Of a stretch of 64,000 nucleotides of DNA, positions 18,506 through 29,005 are shown piece by piece. The position numbers were made by a program, and so were the translations under genes. Numbering within the stretch: position 1 is the stretch's first letter; each line of letters starts with the position of its first letter. The notes below the pieces were generated by a model, which saw only the letters and a program-made list of their open reading frames with translations, was not told the DNA's origin and did not search any database. The stretch comes from Ruminococcus sp. (GTDB lineage: Bacteria > Bacillota > Clostridia > Oscillospirales > Ruminococcaceae): contig JAKSQT010000002.1 of assembly GCA_024403995.1 (NCBI GenBank), forward strand, positions 22,149 to 86,148. The letters run 5' to 3'.

Positions 18506-20263
18506 ATGGCACTGGACGGTGCATTTCTCTACGCTGTAAAATCTGAACTCCAACCGCTTATCGGCGGCAGAGTTGAAAAAATCCATCAGCCCTCCCGTGA
18601 GGAGATCATCATCTCCTTCCGTACACGTCAGGGCAGCAAAAAGCTCTATATTTCCGCAAATGCTGGAAGTGCAAGAGTTCATGTCACTGAATTGAATGTC
18701 GATAATCCGCAGACTCCGCCTATGTTCTGTATGCTTTTAAGAAAGCGTCTCGGCTGCGGTAAGCTTATCGATATACGTCAGATCGGTCTTGAAAGAGTGC
18801 TTTATCTTGATTTTGAGTGCGTCAATGAACTGGGTGATGTGATCACAATTACCATTGCCTGCGAAATTATGGGACGCTGCTCAAATATTATCATTATCAG
18901 CGATGAGGGAAAGGTCATCGACAGCATCAAACGTGTTGATGAGGAGATGTCCCGTGAACGTATGGTCCTTCCCGGCATGAAATATACCATGCCGCCAAAG
19001 GACGACAGACTCAATTTCCTTACGGCTGAACCTGATGAGATAGTCAGAAAAATTCGTGAGGTCAATCCTTCCGAACTTTCAAAGGCTATGATACGTGCAT
19101 TTGAAGGTATTTCGCCTGTTCTTGCACGGGAATGGACTTTCTTTGCAGGACGTGGCAGTCACCTTGAAAGCGATACCGTTGACGGTGATCAGCTCGACAG
19201 ACTGCTTTTTGCTATTAAACGTACCCGTGAACAGCTTATCAGCGGCGAATGCTGCTTTACTGCTGTCAGCGACAAGGATGGTCAGCTCAAAGATTTCTCT
19301 TTCATCCGCCTTTCGCAGTTCGGGACGCTTATGTATACAAAGGAAATCGGTTCGGCTTGCGGACTGCTTGATCACTTCTATTCGGAACGTGACCGCTCAG
19401 CCCGAACGAAACAGCGTGCCAATGACCTTTTCAAGCTTCTTGTGAATCTTACGGAGAGAACTTCAAGACGTATCGCAGTTCAGCGTGAGGAGCTTTGTGC
19501 CTGTGCCGACAAGGAACAGCATAAGCTTTACGGGGACCTCATTTCTGCGAACATTTACCGCATCAAAAAAGGCGACAGTTCCGCTCTGCTCGAAAATTTT
19601 TACGACGAGAACTGCCCGTCCGTTGAGGTAAGGCTTGATGTCAGGAAAACACCTTCACAGAATGCACAGCATTATTACAGCGAATACAAGAAAGCCGTAA
19701 CTGCCGAGAACATTCTCGCAGTTCAGATCGAAAAAGGCGAGGAGGAACTGCAATACCTTGACAGCGTTTTCGATTCTCTTACAAGAGCGGCTTCTGAAAA
19801 TGATATAATCCAGCTGCGACTTGAGCTTCGTGAGCAAGGTTATATAAAGTACACGGGCGGAAAGGCAAAACCTCCCAAAGCTTTGCCGCCTGTTGAGTAC
19901 AGGTCGAGCGATGGCTATACCATACTCGTTGGAAGAAATAATCATCAGAACGACCAGCTTTCCCTGAAGTTTGCTGAAAAGAGCGATATATGGCTGCATA
20001 CCCAGAGCATTACAGGATCTCATGTCCTGATACTGACGGACGGCTCAACTCCCCCCGACAGTACGATCGAGGAGGCGGCTGTTATCGCTTCAGTGAACAG
20101 CCGTGGATGCAATTCCACACTTGTTCCCGTTGACTACTGTCTCGCTAAATTCGTGAAAAAGCCAGCAGGCGCCAAGCCCGGCAAGGTAATATTCACAAAT
20201 TATAAGACCGCTTTTGTCAGACCTGACAAGGATATCGAACAGAAACTGAGGGTACAGCAGTGA
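18506..20263 (+). CDS. rqcH: Ribosome quality control factor RqcH (NFACT/FbpA family)
   Basis: MALDG, PPMFCMLLRK, EIMGRCSN, VGRNNHQND, GSHV, KPGKV. Confidence 0.92.
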   Translation: MALDGAFLYAVKSELQPLIGGRVEKIHQPSREEIIISFRTRQGSKKLYISANAGSARVHVTELNVDNPQTPPMFCMLLRKRLGCGKLIDIRQIGLERVLYLDFECVNELGDVITITIACEIMGRCSNIIIISDEGKVIDSIKRVDEEMSRERMVLPGMKYTMPPKDDRLNFLTAEPDEIVRKIREVNPSELSKAMIRAFEGISPVLAREWTFFAGRGSHLESDTVDGDQLDRLLFAIKRTREQLISGECCFTAVSDKDGQLKDFSFIRLSQFGTLMYTKEIGSACGLLDHFYSERDRSARTKQRANDLFKLLVNLTERTSRRIAVQREELCACADKEQHKLYGDLISANIYRIKKGDSSALLENFYDENCPSVEVRLDVRKTPSQNAQHYYSEYKKAVTAENILAVQIEKGEEELQYLDSVFDSLTRAASENDIIQLRLELREQGYIKYTGGKAKPPKALPPVEYRSSDGYTILVGRNNHQNDQLSLKFAEKSDIWLHTQSITGSHVLILTDGSTPPDSTIEEAAVIASVNSRGCNSTLVPVDYCLAKFVKKPAGAKPGKVIFTNYKTAFVRPDKDIEQKLRVQQ

Positions 20264-20781
20264 ACAAGAAACTGAATGAGGAGTTCTTTCACCGTGACGT
20301 TATGACAGTTGCAAGAGAACTCGCAGGGAAAATACTTGTGCGCCGTCTTGATGACGGTACGGAAATTCGTGAACGTATCGCCGAGACTGAGGCTTACGGC
20401 GGCGAGGAGGATCTCGGCTGCCATGCTTCAAAGGGAAGGACAAAGCGCACTGAAATACTGTACGGCGAAAGCGGAGTGATCTATGTCTATCTGTGCTATG
20501 GTATGCACTGGATGATGAATGTGGTCACGGGCGAAAAGGATGAGCCGCAGGGTGTCCTTTTACGTGCAGGCACTGAGCATTGCGGACCGGCAAAGCTCAC
20601 GAAATATCTTTGTATTGACGGAAGCTTCAATGGCAGAAAGATCTGCGGAAACGACAGCATATGGCTTGAAGATGACGGCTGCCGACCGGAGATAAAGACT
20701 GCTCCCAGAGTAGGGATCGACTATGCAGGGAATTATTGGAAGAATGTTGAACGAAGATTCATTGCCGTTTTCGGGGAGTAA
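20260..20781 (+). CDS. DNA-3-methyladenine glycosylase (MPG family)
   Basis: ETEAY, YVYLCYGMHW, GPAKLT, PRVGI. Confidence 0.92.
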   Translation: MNKKLNEEFFHRDVMTVARELAGKILVRRLDDGTEIRERIAETEAYGGEEDLGCHASKGRTKRTEILYGESGVIYVYLCYGMHWMMNVVTGEKDEPQGVLLRAGTEHCGPAKLTKYLCIDGSFNGRKICGNDSIWLEDDGCRPEIKTAPRVGIDYAGNYWKNVERRFIAVFGE

Positions 20782-21063
20782 TTCCATAAAGCGGACTATA
20801 CGGTCTTGTGAGGATGGAGACCGACTGACAGAGCCGCATGATACATAATATTTTTACAGAAAGCAGGGATAGTTAAATTACAGAATTATTTAGCTGAATT
20901 TTAATAATTAAGCTGACCATTTATTGCTTAATTTTTGCTTGAACATATCAAAAAATGTGAAAGCAAAAGTACAAAAACAACAAAATATGACGAAATACTG
21001 AGAAATATTCAATGCATGAGAGAAACGTTTGAGATTGTTGGGAATTGGAATGCTTGATCTCAA

Positions 21064-21095
21064 TTAAGACTATTTTAAGAAATAAATGCTAAAAT
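21064..21095 (+). promoter_or_regulatory. TTAAG direct repeat (11-bp period) 10 bp upstream of an extended -10; OmpR/PhoB-type activated promoter
   Basis: ttaagactattttaag (21064-21079) then TGcTAAAAT; the same 16-mer occurs at 55856. Confidence 0.6.
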
Positions 21096-21150
21096 ATGAT
21101 CAGACGATACGAAAGGAGTGTGAACTCCGGACGGCAGTCCCGCCTCGGAG

Positions 21151-21978
21151 ATGCTTATGGCTATTAATACATTTGCTCGTAAAGAAATCAAATTTCTCCT
21201 GAATATGGATCAGTATCAAGGACTCATGGAAGTAGTTTCAAAGTATATGAATGCTGATGACTACTGCGTGGGTGGTAAGGAGTATGGTATCTATAATATC
21301 TATTATGATACCCCCGATGACTATCTTATCAGAGAGTCACTCGCAAAGCCTTACTACAAAGAAAAAATCAGACTGCGCAGCTATTATTCACCGGCTTCTC
21401 CTGATGACCGTGTTTTTCTTGAGATAAAGAAAAAAATCGGCGGCATCGTTACTAAAAGAAGAGTATCTATGACGCTTGCTGAGTCTGATGCCTATTTCGC
21501 TAACCGCACAAAGCCTGAATGCTCGAAATATATTACAGAGCAGGTTTTCAGGGAACTTGATGTTTTCCTTGACAGTTACCCGATAGCACCTAAGCAGTAC
21601 ATAAGCTATCAGCGTGAAGCTTTCTTCGGCAAGGATGACCACGATTTCAGACTTACCTTCGACAGAAAGATAACTGAGCGCCGTTTTGACCTCGGTCTTA
21701 ACCACGAGAGCTATGGCAATTATATCATCGGTGCTGACCAGAGACTCATGGAAGTCAAGGTATCAAATGCTATTCCTGACTGGCTCGTTAATAAGCTTTC
21801 TGAGCTTGAGATATATAAGACAAGCTTCTCAAAGTATGGCAGAGCCTATCAGAATTTTGTTATGGAGCAGGTTGTAGAAAGACAGATGGCACAGACAGAA
21901 AAACGTGTCTATGTATCGGGATTACCGATAAGCAATAATACTTTTATAATGAACAGGAGCGTAAAATCATATGTTTGA
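21151..21978 (+). CDS. VTC (polyphosphate polymerase/CYTH-like) domain protein
   Basis: RKEIKF, IYYDTPD, KIRLRSY, FLEIKKK, RLTFD, LMEVK, FSKYG. Confidence 0.88.
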   Translation: MLMAINTFARKEIKFLLNMDQYQGLMEVVSKYMNADDYCVGGKEYGIYNIYYDTPDDYLIRESLAKPYYKEKIRLRSYYSPASPDDRVFLEIKKKIGGIVTKRRVSMTLAESDAYFANRTKPECSKYITEQVFRELDVFLDSYPIAPKQYISYQREAFFGKDDHDFRLTFDRKITERRFDLGLNHESYGNYIIGADQRLMEVKVSNAIPDWLVNKLSELEIYKTSFSKYGRAYQNFVMEQVVERQMAQTEKRVYVSGLPISNNTFIMNRSVKSYV

Positions 21979-22708
21979 ACACGGCTTTTTTGGAAATGTA
22001 CTTTCAAAATTCTACGAGGATTCTGTAGTCAATAACTCTGCAAATGCACTCGGATCTATCAAGGCAGGGGAGTTTTTCCTCTGTGTGGGAGCTGCACTTG
22101 TAATGGGCTTCCTCATTAGCATGATATATATCGTAACTCACCGCAAGGAAGGTTACTCCCAGAGCTACGTATTTACCATGATAATGCTTCCGACTATAAT
22201 TGCACTTATTCTTCTCCTCATAAATACGACAGCAGGCGCATTGAGCCTTGCAGGAGCGTTCACGCTTGTACGTTTCCGAAGCGTTGCCGGTGATCCGAAA
22301 GATATAGCCTACATATTCTTTGCTATGGCAGCAGGTACTGCCTGTGGAATTGGCTACGTCGGATTTGCAATCGTTTTCTTTATCATTCTTGGCGCTGTAC
22401 TTTTCGTACTCTCAGAGATCGATTTCGGCGGATGCAAGAAGAGACACATGACTCTTAAAATCGCAATTCCTGAAAACCTCGATTATCAGGGCGTTTTTGA
22501 GCCGGTTCTCAATAAGTACACAACTTTCCACAAGCTCAGACGAGTTAAGACAACTAATTTCGGTACACTTTTTGAGCTTATCTACAGCGTTGACGTTCTT
22601 GAAAACATTGACCAGAAGAAGTTTGTTGATGAGCTTCGTGCCCTCAACGGAAATATGACTATCAATCTTGTTTTCTTCAAGTACGACGACAAGATCTACG
22701 AAAACTAA
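21971..22708 (+). CDS. DUF4956 membrane protein
   Basis: LAGAFTLVRFRS motif; usual partner of VTC genes. Confidence 0.85.
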   Translation: MFEHGFFGNVLSKFYEDSVVNNSANALGSIKAGEFFLCVGAALVMGFLISMIYIVTHRKEGYSQSYVFTMIMLPTIIALILLLINTTAGALSLAGAFTLVRFRSVAGDPKDIAYIFFAMAAGTACGIGYVGFAIVFFIILGAVLFVLSEIDFGGCKKRHMTLKIAIPENLDYQGVFEPVLNKYTTFHKLRRVKTTNFGTLFELIYSVDVLENIDQKKFVDELRALNGNMTINLVFFKYDDKIYEN

Positions 22709-22770
22709 TAATCATAAAATAAGCACAAAGTCGTGTGAAAAGCGGCTTTGTGCAATTTTGTATTTAAGGA

Positions 22771-24135
22771 GTGAATTATATGGAATATAAGAGATTTGCA
22801 GCCGCTTTTGCTGCCGTTTCCCTCATGATCACGGCTTTTTCATGCGGTGATAAAAAAGAAAATACAAAGGACAGTTCTGATACTGCGGTTGAAAGCGAAG
22901 TATCTGCGACTGATATAAAATCGACTAAGGAAAAAGATAAGTCATCGGAAGATGAAACTGAAACCACTAAAAAATCCGATAAGAAAACAACTACTGATAA
23001 AAAATCCGACTCAAAAACTACTGAAAAAGCCGACAAGAAAAACGAAACTGCAACCACTGCCGCCGATAAGAAATCAGCTAAAAGTACAACTACAGCTGGA
23101 AAATCAAATGGGACTGCTTCAACAACATCTCTCGAAGTAAGTCCGCAGTCGATCGATACTGGCAGGGGAACGTCATCTTCATCTTCTGACAGCGGCTCAG
23201 AGCCTGCACAAAGCGAGCCTGGAAGTGAGTATACAGCAGAGATAACAATGGGTGCATCTCCGAAAGCAGTCGGTGAAAATGTTACGATTGAGGGCAATAC
23301 AGTCATCATCACCGCAGGCGGCGACTATCTCGTAAAGGGAAGCACCGACAACGGGCAGGTTTGCGTCAGCACGGCGACTGAGGAGAAAGTCAAGGTCATT
23401 CTTGACGGTGTGGATATAGCAAATTCCGCAGGTCCTGCAATTCTGATAGATGAGGCTAAGAAATGTACAGTTGAACTGATGAACGGTACTGTTTCAGTGC
23501 TCAGGGACGGTGCAAAGGACAAAATAAATGACGGCGTTATCTTCTCAAACGACACTCTGCGTATTAAAGGCGGCGGCGAGCTGTGCATCTATTCAAACAA
23601 CGCACACGGAATTGCAAGCGATGACGATGTTATCATCGAGGGCGGCACTTTCGAGATAAACTCCATAAAATCGGGCATTTATGCTCATGACGATATTACG
23701 GTGAATGACGGTGAACTTACCATTTTCGGCGGCACAAACGGCTTAAAGTCGAAGGGAACTATCAATATCAACGGCGGCAGATGCGTTATATCAGGCGGCA
23801 CGAAAGAGGAGAAAAGCTCAATTTACGCAGGAGGACCGTTCAATTATACGGGCGGATATGTCTTTGCGGCTGGAAATCAGGTCTCTGCGCCGACTACTTC
23901 CGCAAATCCGTTTGTTATTGTTGACCTTGGCGGTTCATTTGATGCGGGTTCAGCAGTCGAGATGGTTCTTGATTCAGCTCAGATGATAGCATTTGAGCCG
24001 CATAATAATTTCCGATGCCTTATGATGCTTGCACCTGAGATAAGTGCCGGAAGTTCATATTATACCGTAATTAACGGCAGCGGCGGAAAGACGATCACAC
24101 TCGCTGACGGTCAGAATATAGTTGACTATAAGTAA
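22771..24135 (+). CDS. Lipoprotein with DUF4353 beta-helix carbohydrate-binding domain
   Basis: Lipobox FSC, K/T/S-rich linker, ITAGGDY..KG, VILDGVDI, repeated GI.S/I.GG strands. Confidence 0.8.
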   Translation: MNYMEYKRFAAAFAAVSLMITAFSCGDKKENTKDSSDTAVESEVSATDIKSTKEKDKSSEDETETTKKSDKKTTTDKKSDSKTTEKADKKNETATTAADKKSAKSTTTAGKSNGTASTTSLEVSPQSIDTGRGTSSSSSDSGSEPAQSEPGSEYTAEITMGASPKAVGENVTIEGNTVIITAGGDYLVKGSTDNGQVCVSTATEEKVKVILDGVDIANSAGPAILIDEAKKCTVELMNGTVSVLRDGAKDKINDGVIFSNDTLRIKGGGELCIYSNNAHGIASDDDVIIEGGTFEINSIKSGIYAHDDITVNDGELTIFGGTNGLKSKGTININGGRCVISGGTKEEKSSIYAGGPFNYTGGYVFAAGNQVSAPTTSANPFVIVDLGGSFDAGSAVEMVLDSAQMIAFEPHNNFRCLMMLAPEISAGSSYYTVINGSGGKTITLADGQNIVDYK

Positions 24136-24142
24136 TAACAGC

Positions 24143-24172
24143 AAAAGTGCTCCTTTATCGGGGCACTTTTTT
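24143..24172 (+). terminator. Terminator of the VTC operon
   Basis: aaaagtgctc/gggcactttt stem followed by a T-run. Confidence 0.75.
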
Positions 24173-24394
24173 ATTCATTATGTATATAACATTTTTAACT
24201 ATACGACACGTTATTTATATGAATGCCTTGTATATATTGACGATTTGGATAAAATGTAAACTGGTAATATGAAAATACTAATTAATTAAAAATTAACAAG
24301 AAAAAATGCAAAAACATAGAGAAAAGTATACAAAAATGAAGTTTAGGCTACAAATGTATATTGTCAAAAGTGCGTTTTTGCATTATAATATAGT

Positions 24395-24647
24395 CAGCAA
24401 ATGAAGAATATTGGCAAAAGGTATTAAGTACCCTCCCCTCTCATGTGCTTAATACATGAATTGAATTCACTTGCTCGCCATAGAGATAGTTTTGTTATTT
24501 AATAAAACCAACCCCCTTTCATTTGTAATTTTTTCATGTTTTCTATTCTCAATAATTTTATTTAACTTATTGCTTGTTCAGTCTACAGTGCTAAACGGTT
24601 ATACCGTTTGGATTGAACGCCTTCCATCCGCTGGATGGATTTTTTTT
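24395..24647 (+). ncRNA. Candidate trans-acting sRNA with a C-rich (anti-SD-like) loop
   Basis: TTGTCA-17-TATAAT promoter (24361-24389); 11-bp stem with CCTCCCCTCTCAT loop; terminator tccatcc-gct-ggatgga plus T8. Confidence 0.5.
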
Positions 24648-24669
24648 ATATTGTGAAACTTGCGTGAAA

Positions 24670-24713
24670 GATTATATAAAACGCTTGACGAGTTATATAA
24701 TCGGTGCTATAAT
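24670..24713 (+). promoter_or_regulatory. sigmaA promoter with an overlapping inverted-repeat operator
   Basis: TTGACG-17-TATAAT; GATTATATAA (24670-24679) and TTATATAATC (24693-24702) flank the -35. Confidence 0.7.
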
Positions 24714-24738
24714 ATAGAAAACGAGCAAAGGAGGATGA

Positions 24739-25383
24739 ATGATGAAGAAAAGCGTTTACAGCCTTGTTCTTATGGATGACGTTGTAAAAGCAGTCGATAA
24801 TGAGGCTTATCGTCTCGGAACAAGCCGTTCCAACCTCATAAACCAGATATTAGCCGAGCATCTTTCCTGCGTTACGCCTGAAATGCGTATGCGTGAGATA
24901 TTCAGTTCGCTTGAAGAACTGGTCAGCGGTAATTTTCAGGTTCAGCAGCAGCGGTCTGCATCACTCATGACCATAAAAACTGCACTTGACTATAAATACC
25001 GCCCGACAATAAGCTACAAGGTCGAGCTTGAACGTATCCCCGACAGCAGACTGGGCACACTAAGAGTGCAGATACGTACTCAGAACAGCGCACTGACTGA
25101 GCTTTTCAACAGCTTCTTTGTCTATCGTGGAAAACTTGAAGCCGCTATGTCAGCAAAGCGAGGACGCAGTGACTATGGCTGTGAACTTGTTTCAGGGTGC
25201 TTTGTCCGCAGACTTCTCGGAAACGGTGTGGAAAGCGAAAGCACCGGTGAGGCTATAAGCCGTTATCTTGATAATCTTAACAAGTCAATTCAGGTCTATT
25301 TTTCATCTCCGCAGGATTTTTCCGTTTATGCTCCGAAACTTGAAGCGGAGTATGCGGAACTGCTTGATGAGTATATGATATAA
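24739..25383 (+). CDS. Ribbon-helix-helix (CopG-like) transcriptional regulator
   Basis: N-terminal KSVYSLVLMDDVVKAVDNEAYRLGTSRSNLINQIL fits the RHH pattern. Confidence 0.7.
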   Translation: MMKKSVYSLVLMDDVVKAVDNEAYRLGTSRSNLINQILAEHLSCVTPEMRMREIFSSLEELVSGNFQVQQQRSASLMTIKTALDYKYRPTISYKVELERIPDSRLGTLRVQIRTQNSALTELFNSFFVYRGKLEAAMSAKRGRSDYGCELVSGCFVRRLLGNGVESESTGEAISRYLDNLNKSIQVYFSSPQDFSVYAPKLEAEYAELLDEYMI

Positions 25384-25395
25384 GGAGGATATACT

Positions 25396-27993
25396 ATGAA
25401 TGCCGAAAAAATGACACAAAAAACTATTGATGCCGTAAGAAAAGCTCAGAATACCGCCGTTATGCAGTCAAATTCAATTATTGAGCCTGTTCATCTTATG
25501 TCAGGTCTGTTAAAACAGGAAAATGGTCTTATACCTCAGCTTTTGAAAAAAATGAATGTTGACGCCGACCTTTTCGACAATGAGACTGACAAGAAAATAA
25601 GTATGCTCCCGAAGGTCACAGGCAGCGGCAGAAGTGCCAATATAAGCCTTTCGGCCGAGGCTGACCGTGTTATCACAAATGCCGAAAATATCGCTTCAAA
25701 TATGAAGGACGAGTTCATTTCAGTTGAACATCTCATGCTCGCCCTTATCGACAGCAAAAACAGCGAAGTATCAAAACTTATCAATACTTTCAATATAACT
25801 CGTGACGGATTTCTCAGCGCTCTTATGTCTGTAAGAGGAAATACCCGTGTCACAAATGAAAATCCGGAGGAGACATATGATGTCCTCACAAAATACGGTC
25901 AGGAGCTTGTCGGTCTTGCACGCAGAAACAAGCTTGACCCTGTTATCGGACGTGACAGCGAAATACGCAACGTTATCCGAATCCTTTCAAGAAAAACGAA
26001 GAATAACCCTGTCCTTATCGGCGAACCGGGCGTAGGCAAAACTGCAATTGCCGAGGGACTTGCTCTCAGAATCGTTGCAGGCGACGTTCCTGACAGCCTG
26101 AAAGACCGCAAGATATTCTCGCTTGACATGGGCGCTCTCGTGGCTGGTGCGAAGTACAGAGGCGAATTTGAGGAACGTCTGAAAGCAGTTCTCAACGAGA
26201 TAAAGAACAGCAACGGTCAGATCTTGCTGTTTATTGATGAACTTCATACGATTGTCGGCGCAGGCAAATCCGACGGCGCTATGGATGCAGGCAATCTTCT
26301 TAAGCCTATGCTTGCCCGTGGAGAACTGCATTGTATAGGCGCTACAACGCTTAATGAATACCGTCAGTATATTGAGAAAGATCCTGCCCTTGAAAGACGT
26401 TTTCAGCCTGTTATGGTAGCCGAGCCGAGCGTTGAGGATACTATCTCTATCCTGCGTGGACTTAAAGAGCGCTATGAAGTTTTCCACGGCGTAAAAATAC
26501 ATGACAATGCACTTATTTCTGCGGCTGTGCTGTCCAACAGATACATCACAGACAGATTTCTTCCTGATAAGGCTATTGACCTTATCGATGAGGCTTGTGC
26601 TACCATACGCACCGAAATGGACTCAATGCCGACTGAACTTGACGTTATATCAAGAAAAATCGTTCAGCTTGAAATTGAGGAGGCTGCTCTTAAAAAGGAG
26701 AGCGACAATATATCACAGGAGCACCTTGGCGAGATACAGAAAGAACTTGCAGAACTGCGTGAGAAATTCAACAGCATGAAGGCTAAGTGGGAGAACGAGA
26801 AAAACGATATTTCAGCCGTTCAGAAGCTCCGTGAGGAACTTGAAAAGCTCAACGGCGACATTGAAAAGGCAGAGCGTGAATATGACCTGAATAAGGCGGC
26901 AGAGCTTAAATACGGCAGACTGCCTCAGCTCAAAAAAGAGCTTGACGAGCTTGAACATCAGGCTGAACAGGATCAGAAAGGCGACAAACTGCTCCGTGAT
27001 AAGGTCACAGAGGACGAGATAGCAAAGATCGTCTGCCGCTGGACGGGTATCCCTGTTGCAAAACTCATGGAGGGCGAAAAGGAGAAAATTCTCGGCCTTG
27101 AGGGACTGCTCCATAAGCGTGTTATCGGTCAGGATGAGGCTGTTACAAAGGTAAGTGAGGCTATTCTGCGCTCCCGTGCAGGTATTCAGTCACCTGACAG
27201 ACCTATCGGTTCATTCCTTTTCCTCGGTCCGACAGGTGTGGGAAAAACCGAGCTTGCAAAGGCTCTTTCTGAGATACTTTTTGACGATGAGCGAAATATA
27301 ATCCGTATCGATATGAGTGAATATATGGAGAAATTCAGCGTCAGCAGACTTATCGGAGCGCCTCCCGGATACGTTGGCTACGATGAGGGCGGTCAGCTTA
27401 CCGAGGCTGTACGCAGGAAGCCGTATTCAGTTGTGCTGTTTGACGAAATAGAAAAGGCCCACCCTGATGTTTTCAATATTCTGCTTCAGGTGCTCGATGA
27501 CGGCAGAATTACCGATTCACAGGGACGTACCGTGGATTTCAAGAATACGATAATCATACTCACATCAAATCTTGGTTCGCCGTTCATTCTTGACGGTATT
27601 GATGAAAACGGCGATATCACGGACAGCGCAAGAGAAAAGGTAGAGGGACTGCTGAAGACACAGTTCAGACCTGAATTCCTTAATCGTCTTGACGAGACTG
27701 TTTTCTATAAGCCGCTTGGAAAGACGGAAATTATGGGTATTGTTGACCTTATGCTTGCTGATTTGCAGAAGCGTCTGGATGACAAGCATATCCGTATAAA
27801 TATCAGCGATGCCGCAAAGCAGTATATCGTTGACTGCGGCTATGACCCGAATTTCGGCGCAAGACCGCTCAGAAGATTTATTCAGAGCAAAGTTGAGACT
27901 CTTGCGGCAAAGTGTATAATCGGCGGAAATCTCTCCGCAGGCGATGTTATTGACATTGACCTTGACGAAAACGGTGAACTTTCAGCATCATAA
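25396..27993 (+). CDS. clpB: ATP-dependent chaperone ClpB
   Basis: Two AAA+ modules ([16 protein letters not shown]) with the long middle coiled coil (AAELKYG). Confidence 0.97.
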   Translation: MNAEKMTQKTIDAVRKAQNTAVMQSNSIIEPVHLMSGLLKQENGLIPQLLKKMNVDADLFDNETDKKISMLPKVTGSGRSANISLSAEADRVITNAENIASNMKDEFISVEHLMLALIDSKNSEVSKLINTFNITRDGFLSALMSVRGNTRVTNENPEETYDVLTKYGQELVGLARRNKLDPVIGRDSEIRNVIRILSRKTKNNPVLIGEPGVGKTAIAEGLALRIVAGDVPDSLKDRKIFSLDMGALVAGAKYRGEFEERLKAVLNEIKNSNGQILLFIDELHTIVGAGKSDGAMDAGNLLKPMLARGELHCIGATTLNEYRQYIEKDPALERRFQPVMVAEPSVEDTISILRGLKERYEVFHGVKIHDNALISAAVLSNRYITDRFLPDKAIDLIDEACATIRTEMDSMPTELDVISRKIVQLEIEEAALKKESDNISQEHLGEIQKELAELREKFNSMKAKWENEKNDISAVQKLREELEKLNGDIEKAEREYDLNKAAELKYGRLPQLKKELDELEHQAEQDQKGDKLLRDKVTEDEIAKIVCRWTGIPVAKLMEGEKEKILGLEGLLHKRVIGQDEAVTKVSEAILRSRAGIQSPDRPIGSFLFLGPTGVGKTELAKALSEILFDDERNIIRIDMSEYMEKFSVSRLIGAPPGYVGYDEGGQLTEAVRRKPYSVVLFDEIEKAHPDVFNILLQVLDDGRITDSQGRTVDFKNTIIILTSNLGSPFILDGIDENGDITDSAREKVEGLLKTQFRPEFLNRLDETVFYKPLGKTEIMGIVDLMLADLQKRLDDKHIRINISDAAKQYIVDCGYDPNFGARPLRRFIQSKVETLAAKCIIGGNLSAGDVIDIDLDENGELSAS

Positions 27994-27994
27994 T

Positions 27995-28172
27995 TAAGGC
28001 AACACCGCACAAAGCACGTCTGACGACTTTGTACGTCATAAACTTGTATATTTCCCGTCATATTACACAGAAATTCCTTGCCATACGACAGTATGCCTGC
28101 GAAATTTCTGTGCAATCTGACGAAAAATCTAACTGCGTTTCTGCCGCACAATCTTTGTGCGGTGTTCCCTTA
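27995..28172. mobile_element. MITE-like repeat family A, copy 1
   Basis: Terminal inverted repeats taaggcaacaccgcacaaag / ctttgtgcggtgttccctta; near-identical copies at 36610 and 37853. Confidence 0.8.
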
Positions 28173-28176
28173 ATTT

Positions 28177-28208
28177 GTGCAGGACGCAGAAAATGTGTCC
28201 TGCACTTT
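28177..28208 (+). terminator. clpB terminator
   Basis: gtgcaggacgca-gaaaa-tgtgtcctgcac followed by ttt. Confidence 0.55.
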
Positions 28209-28307
28209 GTGTATATAGCTGAAATTCTGCAAAGGACTTGACTTTTTCATGCAATTCCTGTATATTAAAAGGTTACTTCGTAACAATAATATTTAAGGAG
28301 AATTGCT

Positions 28308-28805
28308 ATGGAAGAAATCAAAGAATACGTGGAGAAAATATGCGGAATTCTTGACAGTCACGGTGAAAAATATTCGCTCCACACGAACAAAGAGGAAGAA
28401 TTCAAGGGAATGTCTGATAACACTATCAGCATCAAGCTTGTCAACGGGACAGGAGAGGAGATGTTCATTGATGTCAATGACGAAATAACGCTGTATTTCG
28501 GCGGATGGCATATGCACTGCTATTATGAGGAATTTGATGAGTTCAAGATGTTCCTCAACAGGATATTAAACAGCAGAATGGCGGCTGAATGTATTAAAAC
28601 AGACGGAGAATGGAGGGGATCGTACTGCCTTGACGCAGATGAAGGCGATCATATACCGCAGTCCCGTGAAGAAGTTCTTGAATATCTGAAAAAAGAAAGC
28701 CCGAATCTTGTGAGAAAAGCGCATACATTAGAGTATTTTCTCACATACTGGGACGAAAAATCAAGCCGAAAATACACTTTTTCAGGTGACGAAATGTCGT
28801 GCTGA
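28308..28805 (+). CDS. Hypothetical protein
   Basis: AAGGAG RBS and own TTGACT/TATATT promoter; no recognised family. Confidence 0.7.
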   Translation: MEEIKEYVEKICGILDSHGEKYSLHTNKEEEFKGMSDNTISIKLVNGTGEEMFIDVNDEITLYFGGWHMHCYYEEFDEFKMFLNRILNSRMAAECIKTDGEWRGSYCLDADEGDHIPQSREEVLEYLKKESPNLVRKAHTLEYFLTYWDEKSSRKYTFSGDEMSC

Positions 28806-28941
28806 TTGTGAAAATAATACATTTTGTCTGATAATTTTACAAGCGTTTACGGAAAATAGGCAAATTCTATTGGTGAAATGAATAAAAAACAGGCAATAAA
28901 CGGCGCATTATCGGGCGTTTTGTCATTTTTTCCCTAATTCC

Positions 28942-28970
28942 TTGACAAATCGGCGCAAAGGGTATATAAT
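28942..28970 (+). promoter_or_regulatory. sigmaA promoter of hup
   Basis: TTGACA-17-TATAAT. Confidence 0.8.
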
Positions 28971-29005
28971 TCAATTGTAAATTCAAATTTATGGAGGATA
29001 CCACA

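Noticed and set aside
24471-24656. 61-aa hydrophobic ORF as a type I toxin
   Set aside because: TTG start without an SD and it runs through the terminator; hydrophobicity reflects U-richness; not fully excluded
27882-28241. Small ORFs 27882-28151, 28029-28241, 36383-36805, 37650-37973 and 37894-38088 sharing CGRNAVRFFVRL-type peptides
   Set aside because: Similarity comes from translating MITE family A copies; no RBS and inconsistent frames
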